Position numbers and translations under genes: made by a program. A DNA stretch of 64,000 nucleotides from a virus, in the UHGV virus genome UHGV-0178594; one strand, written 5' to 3'. Under the pieces are notes generated by a model. It saw nothing but the letters and a program-made list of their open reading frames with translations, was not told where the DNA came from and searched no databases. This document shows, one piece after another, positions 56,428-64,000 of this stretch (positions are counted from its first letter, which is position 1; every line of letters begins with the position of its first letter).

Positions 56428-57813
56428 TCAGGTTTCCAGCCCAAAATCGCTTTGTTCTGTTTTGGCTTCGAACATCGTGAAGTTAAGCCCTTTCCCCTCT
56501 CCATGTTCCAGTTCAATCTCATTAGAAACAGCGGTCAAAATACTACGTAGATCGACATCTCCACCGCCGAACATATCGCCCAACGCCTGCTGTTTATGAA
56601 TCAGTTCGTCGTTGATTTTTTGTGCCATTTTTTTGAATGCAGCCCCCATGCGCTTCGCGCTTCGATTATTTGCCACGATGAATAGCGCCAACGCCTCAGC
56701 TTCCGGCGTGCTATCACCGAAGAGTCCGCGCTGGGCTATCACCTCTTCCACTGCCTGACCGTTGTCTTTGGCTTCACGAACAAGGTTAATCGCGTCCTGG
56801 AGTGCTGCTATAGCCTGTTTATCCAGACCGTTCACCTGCTCTATACCATCAACCAGACCAGTTACAGCATCATGATGTGCATCGCCAGAAATCGACTGCA
56901 TTTGCGCAAAGTCACTGGCCGCTGTATTAAGCGCGGTCAGGATATTGCGCATTTCCGGATCCGGTTCTTCCGCCACAAGCCGAACAAGTCGCTCATCCTT
57001 ATAGGCTTTGGCAAAAATCGCATTCTGAATGCGATCGATAAGCTGTTTCGTTGGACGTCCATCGGCTGTAAGCAAACCTGCCGTCGCGGTATCGCCTATT
57101 TCGTGCAAAAACGCACGAATAAACGCATCATTGGACCGCGCCAGTAGATTTCCATCATCTGAAGGATTAAATAGCGCCATGACGCTCTCAGTGAGAAATT
57201 GCGCATCCGCATACGCTTTCTCACTTGCAGCCATCTCTTGCAGATCGCTGATGTTTGAGTCGCGTGCAAATTGAGCACGATCAACGTCAGTGAGGCGCTC
57301 GCGAACCAGTACAGGCATCACCATTGCCCTGACGTCTTCGGGATTAAGGCCAAACTCTTTAGCGTGATCGATAAGATATTGTCGGTAATCTTCAGCCTGC
57401 CCTTGTTCATAAGCACGCCAGATTCCCATGCTTCGACCATTACCAGACTCAACGACATTATCCGGACCAACAATCGGGGAACCATGACTACTCATACCCG
57501 AATCAGTGAGTTGTGCCGGGCGTAAATTGGCGGCGATACGGTTAACCTGGAGCTTACTTGACAGTCGGGTGCGATCGCGAGGCTGGAGTTCCTCCGGAAA
57601 TGACGGATTTATACTTCCGTCCAGGTTGTTAGAAATGATGAGCTTTTTGGCATCAATAACCTTGAACGCTGTTTTAACTTCGTCGCCTTTGCTGGTGACG
57701 ACATAGCTGCTACGCCCCAACTTCGTCTCTTGCTTTTCAAGAGATGACACCACAGCGATAACCCCCTCAATGTTCGCTGCGGCCAGAAGTGCTGATGTTA
57801 CGTTTTGAGTCAC
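56428..57813 (-). CDS. dar-operon protein (DdrB-like position)
   Basis: 461-aa ORF last in lydA-lydB-hdf-darA-like operon; positional assignment only. Confidence 0.4.
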   Translation of the reverse strand: MTQNVTSALLAAANIEGVIAVVSSLEKQETKLGRSSYVVTSKGDEVKTAFKVIDAKKLIISNNLDGSINPSFPEELQPRDRTRLSSKLQVNRIAANLRPAQLTDSGMSSHGSPIVGPDNVVESGNGRSMGIWRAYEQGQAEDYRQYLIDHAKEFGLNPEDVRAMVMPVLVRERLTDVDRAQFARDSNISDLQEMAASEKAYADAQFLTESVMALFNPSDDGNLLARSNDAFIRAFLHEIGDTATAGLLTADGRPTKQLIDRIQNAIFAKAYKDERLVRLVAEEPDPEMRNILTALNTAASDFAQMQSISGDAHHDAVTGLVDGIEQVNGLDKQAIAALQDAINLVREAKDNGQAVEEVIAQRGLFGDSTPEAEALALFIVANNRSAKRMGAAFKKMAQKINDELIHKQQALGDMFGGGDVDLRSILTAVSNEIELEHGEGKGLNFTMFEAKTEQSDFGLET

Positions 57814-57904
57814 AATTAACCACCTTTCTGTAAAAAAGGCAGTGTAAAAAGTGTGTTATTTCGGTGACTATTTTAAGAAGAAAGGGGCATTTTGCCCCTC
57901 TCTT

Positions 57905-58276
57905 TTACGCTGCATACCCGTTAGCTGAAACCCAGTTTACGGTCTGTTCTTTGGCCTGGTCGAGTGTCAAAAATTCACCAACATATTGAGATATGCCTCT
58001 CAAAGCATCGATGAACTCCATTTGTGATGATTTAGTAAATGCACCACTAAGGAAGTCAGCAACAATTTTAGGCGTTTCTTGTGCCGCCGGTTGCACTTCC
58101 TCTTCTTGCTGTTGTGCTGGATTATTCGATGAACCAAGCCCCAGCTTCATCATCACTTCAACTATCCGCACGCCAATAGTGACACGTTGTACCGCAGTCG
58201 CGCTTTTTTGCGCTGACATCAGCTCAGACAGTTCTTTGCCTAAGCTAAGGCGCTCCGTTACTGATATTTTCACCAC
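57905..58276 (-). CDS. DdrA-like small protein (positional)
   Basis: 123-aa ORF coupled to DarA-like gene. Confidence 0.4.
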   Translation of the reverse strand: MVKISVTERLSLGKELSELMSAQKSATAVQRVTIGVRIVEVMMKLGLGSSNNPAQQQEEEVQPAAQETPKIVADFLSGAFTKSSQMEFIDALRGISQYVGEFLTLDQAKEQTVNWVSANGYAA

Positions 58277-60222
58277 ACGCCCCCTTGTTGTATCTCTGCC
58301 AGAATGTTGATCAGGTGATCGGCTGCCGCACCAACAAGTGACTCGTTCTCATCATATCGACCTGCGTTGATAAGAACATTAGCTGCCTCCTGAATGCGAT
58401 CAAACTCCGCTCTAATCACCGTCAAATCACGGGACGTAAACTGCAACGGCACGGATTTCAGATATTCCAGCGCACTGTCCGCCTCCTGATCAGCCTCACT
58501 AACTACTGGCCCATCTGAACCTGTATCAGACTCTTGGGGGGATTCAGGTTCAGACTCAGGTTCTGGTTCTTGTACTGCTTCCGGTGCCTGATCTAATGTC
58601 TGTTCAGCTTCGACTACTTCTGATTGATTCTGAAGCGCGTCATAGATATCCATTATAAAAAGGTTCTCCCCATCTCCAAGTGGATAAGCGACGTTAGGAA
58701 ATGCTTTGCGGAAGAGGATTTTTATCTGCGCCTTAAAGGTTTTCAAGTCGCTTCCAAACAGATCAACGTAGCCATCAATATGGTTCGACATACTGGACGC
58801 AACCAATTCGCCTGCAATCTCTTTCAATTCATCGTCACCAGGGAGATATAGCAACTCGTACTGACTGACTTCTTCGTCTGTCAGTTTGCGGTCATACGTA
58901 ATGATTCCGTGACGAGCATATTCGTAATACGGATCAGCCTGATCAGGACGGTCAAGTACAGCTTTATTTCCTTCAGGAACCGCACCAACACCCGCCGGGC
59001 GAGATTGGAGCGCATAGCGATATTTACCAACCTCCAGGGGATCAGGATGTGATGCTGGTTGTGGCTCCTGTTCAGGCTGCGGCTGATCAGTTGGCTCAGG
59101 CTGGCCCGGCAACACATCCACTTTGTATTGATCAGCATTATGTTCACGATAGGCTTTAAGTAATTTGGTTGCAGCGTCCGCTGAACTCCCACCTTTAACA
59201 GCACTGACATCAATACTGAAATTGCCTTCTGGTGCCTCAATCGTGACAAAGCTATCACTGCCTGACGTGACATACTTAACTACAGCACCATTATCCAGCG
59301 TTGTTTGGCCTTCTGTAGCAAGATTATGTTTTATGTGTCGCAGTTGATCATTGAAGGCACGCTCTTTAGTTCCTTGGCTCTTAGCTGACAATAAATTATC
59401 GCGCTTAGCCTGCAATTCCGCGTTAAGGGCTTTTTGTGCGTCTAATTTATTCTGCATATCATTGAGTGTTGAGCGTTTCTCTGCCAGCCCCCGCTGTGCG
59501 TCTTCAACCTGCTCAATCAGCACAGAACGTTCTTCTGCCAGCTTGTCGGCTTCATTGAGATACCCCTCAATATCAGCCTTCATTTTGTCCTGGCGCTCCT
59601 TTGCTTTTTTGAATTTTGCACTGTTACGCTCAATGAGGTTAGAAAGCGCCTGACACACCTGGCTCAGAGATACATCACGCCCACCGATTGGCGCAACAAC
59701 ATGCGTAACGTTTCTTTTGTTAAGAAGAAACTGAAACGCAACCAGCTCGTCATCCCCTTTAATTCTTGTGCCGTCTGCGGTTGGAGAATGGAAAATTATG
59801 CTTGTCGTTTGTCCATCGGTTAGAGGTATTTGTGCTGTTACAACAGGGATATTAGCAACCCGGCGCACGCGCCCAATGATTGCCCCACCGATACTATTAC
59901 GTCCGTCTTCATATTCACCTGCCTCATCCGTACCCGCAGCAATGTCAGTGCCATTCAGGCCGCGATTAAGCGCCCGGACAAATGCTCGCATTGTTTGCGC
60001 TAACCGCAATTTTGTTGTGGTTATAGCTTCGAACATTGCCTCATTGGTAGTTACCAAAATTTCGTTGCCCATATAGGCCAGCTCGATATCTTCCAGCGTC
60101 GCAGGCTCGATAAGTAAATCATCCTCGGTGATATCTTCCGCCACCCAACGATTAGGCGTATATCCAGTGAGCGTATCTGCAAAAGTGGACTGGATATTTA
60201 TTCGAATAGGTTTCTTTATCAT
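58270..60222 (-). CDS. DarA-like capsid-internal anti-restriction protein
   Basis: 650 aa (P1 DarA ~639 aa as I recall); operon order lydA-lydB-hdf-darA mirrors P1. Confidence 0.5.
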   Translation of the reverse strand: MIKKPIRINIQSTFADTLTGYTPNRWVAEDITEDDLLIEPATLEDIELAYMGNEILVTTNEAMFEAITTTKLRLAQTMRAFVRALNRGLNGTDIAAGTDEAGEYEDGRNSIGGAIIGRVRRVANIPVVTAQIPLTDGQTTSIIFHSPTADGTRIKGDDELVAFQFLLNKRNVTHVVAPIGGRDVSLSQVCQALSNLIERNSAKFKKAKERQDKMKADIEGYLNEADKLAEERSVLIEQVEDAQRGLAEKRSTLNDMQNKLDAQKALNAELQAKRDNLLSAKSQGTKERAFNDQLRHIKHNLATEGQTTLDNGAVVKYVTSGSDSFVTIEAPEGNFSIDVSAVKGGSSADAATKLLKAYREHNADQYKVDVLPGQPEPTDQPQPEQEPQPASHPDPLEVGKYRYALQSRPAGVGAVPEGNKAVLDRPDQADPYYEYARHGIITYDRKLTDEEVSQYELLYLPGDDELKEIAGELVASSMSNHIDGYVDLFGSDLKTFKAQIKILFRKAFPNVAYPLGDGENLFIMDIYDALQNQSEVVEAEQTLDQAPEAVQEPEPESEPESPQESDTGSDGPVVSEADQEADSALEYLKSVPLQFTSRDLTVIRAEFDRIQEAANVLINAGRYDENESLVGAAADHLINILAEIQQGGVW

Positions 60223-60836
60223 GCATCTTCCTCCAGGCGCGCTATTTCTTCTTTCAATACGCGAGTTTTCGCCAGTTCCTGCGCCATCTCGGTTCTAATG
60301 ATTTCAGTTTCTCTTGTTGCGCGGTCTGAATTACCTTGCACCTGATTTAATTTTTCTTTGGCCCTTTCAATATCCTCGCGGATCGCATCGCGAGATTCCT
60401 TTGCCTCTGCTAGTTTCTGCGCATTGGACTTAACGCCTTTTATTTTCTTATTCCCATCATCAATATCTTTCGCCGCACGAGCTAACTTACGCGCCAATGA
60501 TTTCTGAAATGATGATGCGCCTTTATTAAATAAAGCAGCCAGTGATTGCCCTAAAGCCATCAGCGTTTTAACTGGCTTGAAAGGAACAATTTTTCCGTTC
60601 AGTTTTACACCAGAAATATCACCAGTATCATTAACCTGAACGTCCATCGTCTGCTCATCGATTCCGATAAGGGTAAACGTGCGCGTCATGATCCCGTCTT
60701 TCTTCCTGCCATTACTGGCGGGGATCACCCTCGCTATCTTGTAGCCTCCTTTACCGATTTCTTTGACGAGTTTTGCCAGCCCCTTTTCGTTTAACTCATC
60801 ATAATTAAGAAGAACATAATTAGACTTATTTGACAT
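60219..60836 (-). CDS. Hdf-like protein (positional)
   Basis: ORF between lydB-like and darA-like genes; start taken at internal ATG (MSNKSNY). Confidence 0.4.
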   Translation of the reverse strand: MSNKSNYVLLNYDELNEKGLAKLVKEIGKGGYKIARVIPASNGRKKDGIMTRTFTLIGIDEQTMDVQVNDTGDISGVKLNGKIVPFKPVKTLMALGQSLAALFNKGASSFQKSLARKLARAAKDIDDGNKKIKGVKSNAQKLAEAKESRDAIREDIERAKEKLNQVQGNSDRATRETEIIRTEMAQELAKTRVLKEEIARLEEDA

Positions 60837-61272
60837 TCCAGTCTCCTTCACACTTTTCAATCATAAACTGGCGTTCTATGCAGTCATTGATAGGGAAAAT
60901 GCGATAAAGCGGATTCAGGCGGCAATTACCGTTAGTCAATGTGACCTTTAGATCCCACTTCGCTGGCTCAAGATATTTCGTGTCGATGAGCAAATATTCT
61001 TCTCTCTCACCGCGTTTTGATGCGTCAACTGGTCTTGTTTTCCCCGAAATAACCACAGATGGATTTTTCAAGTCCTGCAACCAATATTCGATTTGTGCAT
61101 TGCTTACCCAGCTTCGCTTAACGCGAAGCGACACAGGAAACGCTATAGCAGACTCTTTCACTACAGCTTCGCCAATGCTCAAAATATCAACACTCTTGCG
61201 ACGAAATAAGAAACGGTCAATAACGGCAACAAATGCCATGATAAAAATGAAATAATTTCCAAAGTCACCCAT
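60826..61272 (-). CDS. LydB-like antiholin (positional)
   Basis: 148 aa, ATGA-coupled downstream of holin-like gene. Confidence 0.45.
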   Translation of the reverse strand: MGDFGNYFIFIMAFVAVIDRFLFRRKSVDILSIGEAVVKESAIAFPVSLRVKRSWVSNAQIEYWLQDLKNPSVVISGKTRPVDASKRGEREEYLLIDTKYLEPAKWDLKVTLTNGNCRLNPLYRIFPINDCIERQFMIEKCEGDWNVK

Positions 61273-61598
61273 TACTTCTCTCCACCTTTTCCCCCACTCG
61301 CTATTACGCTTAAGAGATTCAAGACGTTACTAGCTCTGGACTTCAAGCCCTGTAAAATTTCACTTCCGTTGTTACTGGCAATCAGAACAACGCAGTAAAT
61401 GATGCCTTCCGGCCATTCATAGCTATCAGCCACCCAAAACCCCGCAAGCCCGGCAGTTACCGCAGTAAACAATTCACTCGCGAGGTTGAGCAGTGACGCA
61501 GAAATGCGCCCGTCTCTAACTCCGAGAAGGAATACGCCGGTTCCACTCAGCAGGGATGTTATGACTGCTACAGCCAGATTTTCATAATCTGCAAACAT
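61272..61598 (-). CDS. holin (LydA-like)
   Basis: 108 aa with hydrophobic helices AVAVITSLLSGTGVFLLGV, LASELFTAVTAGLAGFWV, IIYCVVLIA. Confidence 0.5.
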   Translation of the reverse strand: MFADYENLAVAVITSLLSGTGVFLLGVRDGRISASLLNLASELFTAVTAGLAGFWVADSYEWPEGIIYCVVLIASNNGSEILQGLKSRASNVLNLLSVIASGGKGGEK

Positions 61599-62058
61599 AC
61601 CCCTCCAGAAATGACGTTTAACGCGGCTTCAACTTATCCAGTTTGTTATTTTCCGACTAAATGCCATTCACACAAAATGGATGCATATGATGGCCCGGTG
61701 GTCCGTAAACCTCGTCACTCAGAGCGTGGAGGATGCCAAATTCGCGTATCAACAAAATGGTCCAAACACGGCTTTAAAGAGAAATACGCTTGAATGCGCA
61801 AGATGTGAGCTGATTCTTGAGGACAAAATGATGACATGTGAGTCTTCACAAGCGTCATTCAGTGAATATAATGCCCCCCTCTCAGATACCACTAACTGAG
61901 TGTTCATTTTGCCCGCCGTCATTGACTGGACGGCGGCCTTTTTGTACCAAAGGATTGTATTACTAAAAAAGGTCACAAAAGCACTCACTAATAAAGCCCT
62001 CAACAAAAGAGGGCTTGAAATATCAAAAAAGCAGTGCTGATTGGATTGTTATGATTGT

Positions 62059-62481
62059 TTATACAGGCATCTCAGGCCATGAGATATCTGCATCAACAGA
62101 AGTGTCAACTCTATTAAGAAGAACTCTATACCTCTTTAACTTTGTCAACATTTCTATTTCCTCATCAGTGGCAATATCCATATCAACAGCATCCTGAAGC
62201 GTTGATATTTTTATGCTCACATCATTCATAAGACTACTTTTGGTGTTTTCAGCAATGCTGACTCTATCCTCTAAGCTCATAGGTTGTGGGTCAGATAACA
62301 TTGGATAACCATCGCCATTTGCAATTATTATTTTCCCATTGCCATACCCTGATAACAATTCATCATATAAGTCATCAGGTATATGTACAGTATCGGACGG
62401 CCATGAACCGTTTTTATCGTAATCTTCTTTTAGACTGTCGTCGTAGAAACCACCAGTCTCTTTGCTGTAATACTTTGCCAT
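62059..62481 (-). CDS. tail fibre assembly protein (Tfa / gene U-like)
   Basis: MAKYYSKETGGFYDD... N-terminus and C-terminal ...DISWPEMPV typical of Tfa chaperones; directly downstream of tail fibre gene. Confidence 0.7.
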   Translation of the reverse strand: MAKYYSKETGGFYDDSLKEDYDKNGSWPSDTVHIPDDLYDELLSGYGNGKIIIANGDGYPMLSDPQPMSLEDRVSIAENTKSSLMNDVSIKISTLQDAVDMDIATDEEIEMLTKLKRYRVLLNRVDTSVDADISWPEMPV

Positions 62482-62512
62482 TTAAGCACCTTCATTCTAA
62501 TTAACTATATTT

Positions 62513-64000
62513 TTAATAACCATAAGCAACATACTGTGCATATATTTTATCAGTGGAGCTACTTTTCACTGTAAAACCAGTGGCTGAGTGGTTGTATGTA
62601 TAAAGAATTGAATTGACAGCATTCCCGCTGTGAGGCGAAATCACAACTACCGCACACGCCTCAGGAAAAGTAGTCGGAAAGTTAACCACGCTTCCTGGAG
62701 TTAAATTTGTTATAAACCCCCACTGCATCATCACCCTAGTTGATGTATCCTTATGCCATCCATGAATGTTGGCATATGCTGTGTTTTTAGCCTGATATTT
62801 CGTGTTGAAATTACTATAGTTACCAGGGGTAATCTGACCAGCGGCAGATAAATTCCCCATAACCCTTACATGACCATCAGCACGTCCTAATTCTACGCGA
62901 CCATCACCGCCATCTATCTTTAATGGAGTGTAAACGACATCACCATTAACATTTTGCCCAGTGGTTGATATCTGGAAACTATATCCAGTATTAGTTATTA
63001 GGAATCCATAGTTATTATTATAAGTTAGGCGTATAGCATTTTGGCTGCTGGATATAATTTCACCGGTAACAGTACCACCTGTTGTTGGTAACGCACCAAC
63101 ATGACTTGCCGTTAATGTGATGTCTGCAGAACCATCAAAAGCCACTCCACTTATTTTTCTGGCAGTTTTTAACTTTGTCGCTGTAGCTGCATTACCACTT
63201 GTATTTTGATTTCCGGCAATATTAACGCCCGGAAGATTGATGTTTGCTGTACCATCAAACGAAACCCCGCCTATTGTGCGCGCTGTTTGTAGTTTCGTTG
63301 CAGTTGCAGCATTGCCGGTAGTGCTCTGATTACCTGTTTTATTCACGCCCGGCAGGTCGATGTTTGCGGTGCCATTAAATGAAACACCACCAATAGTTCT
63401 TGCCGTTTGTAATTTCGTTGCAGACGCCGCGTTTCCGGTTGTGTTCTGGTTGCCTGTTGTATTTACACCAGGGATGGAATCCTTCGATGTGTAGACCTGC
63501 GCCCACTCAGACCAACTGGCTGTATCAGTATCTCGTCGCGAACGTACATGTACAGGCGCATGAGCACCACTTGTACCGCTCCAACCTATGAACAACTCGC
63601 CTTCACCAGCGGCAGTTGCGCCCTTAAGATGAAGCACATTCCCGTAAGCAGAAGGATAGCCGTTGTTGTACGCCTCATACATCTGCAATCCAGCAGCAGC
63701 ACCTTGCGTTGTACCGGTGAGCGCAGTAACACGCCCTCTGGACGTAATTGTTGGTATCGAAATGTTCGCAGAACCATCAAAATTAACACCGTTGATTGTG
63801 CGGGCTGTTTGCAGTTTTGTAGCGGTTGCAGCATTACCTGTTGTGTTCTGGTTACCGGCAATGTTCACACCCGGCAGGTTGATATTGGCGCTGCCATCAA
63901 ATGACACTCCGCCGATTGTGCGTGCCGTCTGAAGTTTCGTTGCGGTTGCAGCATTGCCGGTAGTGCTCTGATTACCTGTTTTATTCACGCCTGGCAGGTC
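62513..64000 (-). CDS. tail fibre protein (partial; likely continues beyond right edge)
   Basis: Repeated ~40-aa unit GNQ.TTGNAATATKLQTARTIGGVSFDG.ANI.LPGVN; ORF track start at 63988 may be internal. Confidence 0.7.
   Translation of the reverse strand, partial: DLPGVNKTGNQSTTGNAATATKLQTARTIGGVSFDGSANINLPGVNIAGNQNTTGNAATATKLQTARTINGVNFDGSANISIPTITSRGRVTALTGTTQGAAAGLQMYEAYNNGYPSAYGNVLHLKGATAAGEGELFIGWSGTSGAHAPVHVRSRRDTDTASWSEWAQVYTSKDSIPGVNTTGNQNTTGNAASATKLQTARTIGGVSFNGTANIDLPGVNKTGNQSTTGNAATATKLQTARTIGGVSFDGTANINLPGVNIAGNQNTSGNAATATKLKTARKISGVAFDGSADITLTASHVGALPTTGGTVTGEIISSSQNAIRLTYNNNYGFLITNTGYSFQISTTGQNVNGDVVYTPLKIDGGDGRVELGRADGHVRVMGNLSAAGQITPGNYSNFNTKYQAKNTAYANIHGWHKDTSTRVMMQWGFITNLTPGSVVNFPTTFPEACAVVVISPHSGNAVNSILYTYNHSATGFTVKSSSTDKIYAQYVAYGY
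63118..64000. repeat. intragenic ~120-bp tandem repeats in tail fibre gene
   Basis: At least five copies of the 40-codon unit at DNA and protein level. Confidence 0.6.

Larger units (their letters stand above)
1..64000. mobile_element. P1-like temperate phage / phage-plasmid segment (mosaic, with lambdoid-type early module)
   Basis: Contiguous phage genes throughout: phd-doc, Cre-like recombinase, PacA/PacB, DarB-like, lydAB-darA-like operon, tail fibre, tRNAs; no host housekeeping genes seen. Confidence 0.6.

Noticed and set aside
61599-62058. Gap between tail fibre assembly gene and holin where P1 would carry the cin invertase and C-segment
   Set aside because: No ORF resembling a serine invertase and no crossover-like inverted repeats were seen; only short ORFs and hairpin terminators, so no invertible segment is claimed.
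1-64000. CRISPR array or cas genes
   Set aside because: No regularly spaced direct repeats with unique spacers anywhere; the repeats present are the dispersed palindromes, Ea22 junctions and tail fibre tandem repeats.

Overview
The window reads as a mosaic temperate-phage element with no obvious host housekeeping genes, most consistent with a P1-like phage or phage-plasmid. P1-type content recognised by eye: Phd/Doc, a UmuD'-like gene behind a LexA box, a Cre-like tyrosine recombinase with a nearby lox-like palindrome, PacA/PacB terminase with a GATC hexamer cluster, a Ref-like HNH protein, a RepL-like protein, two Icd/antirepressor modules, a 2283-aa DarB-like methyltransferase-helicase, a lydA-lydB-hdf-darA-like operon, and tail fibre plus assembly genes. 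A lambdoid-type early block (Ea22-like cassettes, Ser/Thr phosphatase) lies at 11.6-25.6 kb, five tRNA genes at 36.9-38.0 kb, and HigBA and HicAB toxin-antitoxin pairs elsewhere. The most striking unexplained signal is a palindrome, GTTAGAA-N14-TTCTAAC, present as 5 full and 7 half sites at gene boundaries; I interpret it as the operator set of a C1-like immunity repressor. Other candidates for undescribed biology are an orphan HigA-like regulator paired with an AT-rich membrane coiled-coil protein, an operator-flanked coiled-coil/membrane/VRR-NUC module, cargo genes between doc and cre, and a 1.2 kb ORF-poor GC-rich region beside the tRNAs. All protein calls rest on motifs recognised by eye and recalled family knowledge; no database search or RNA folding was run, and starts are approximate.
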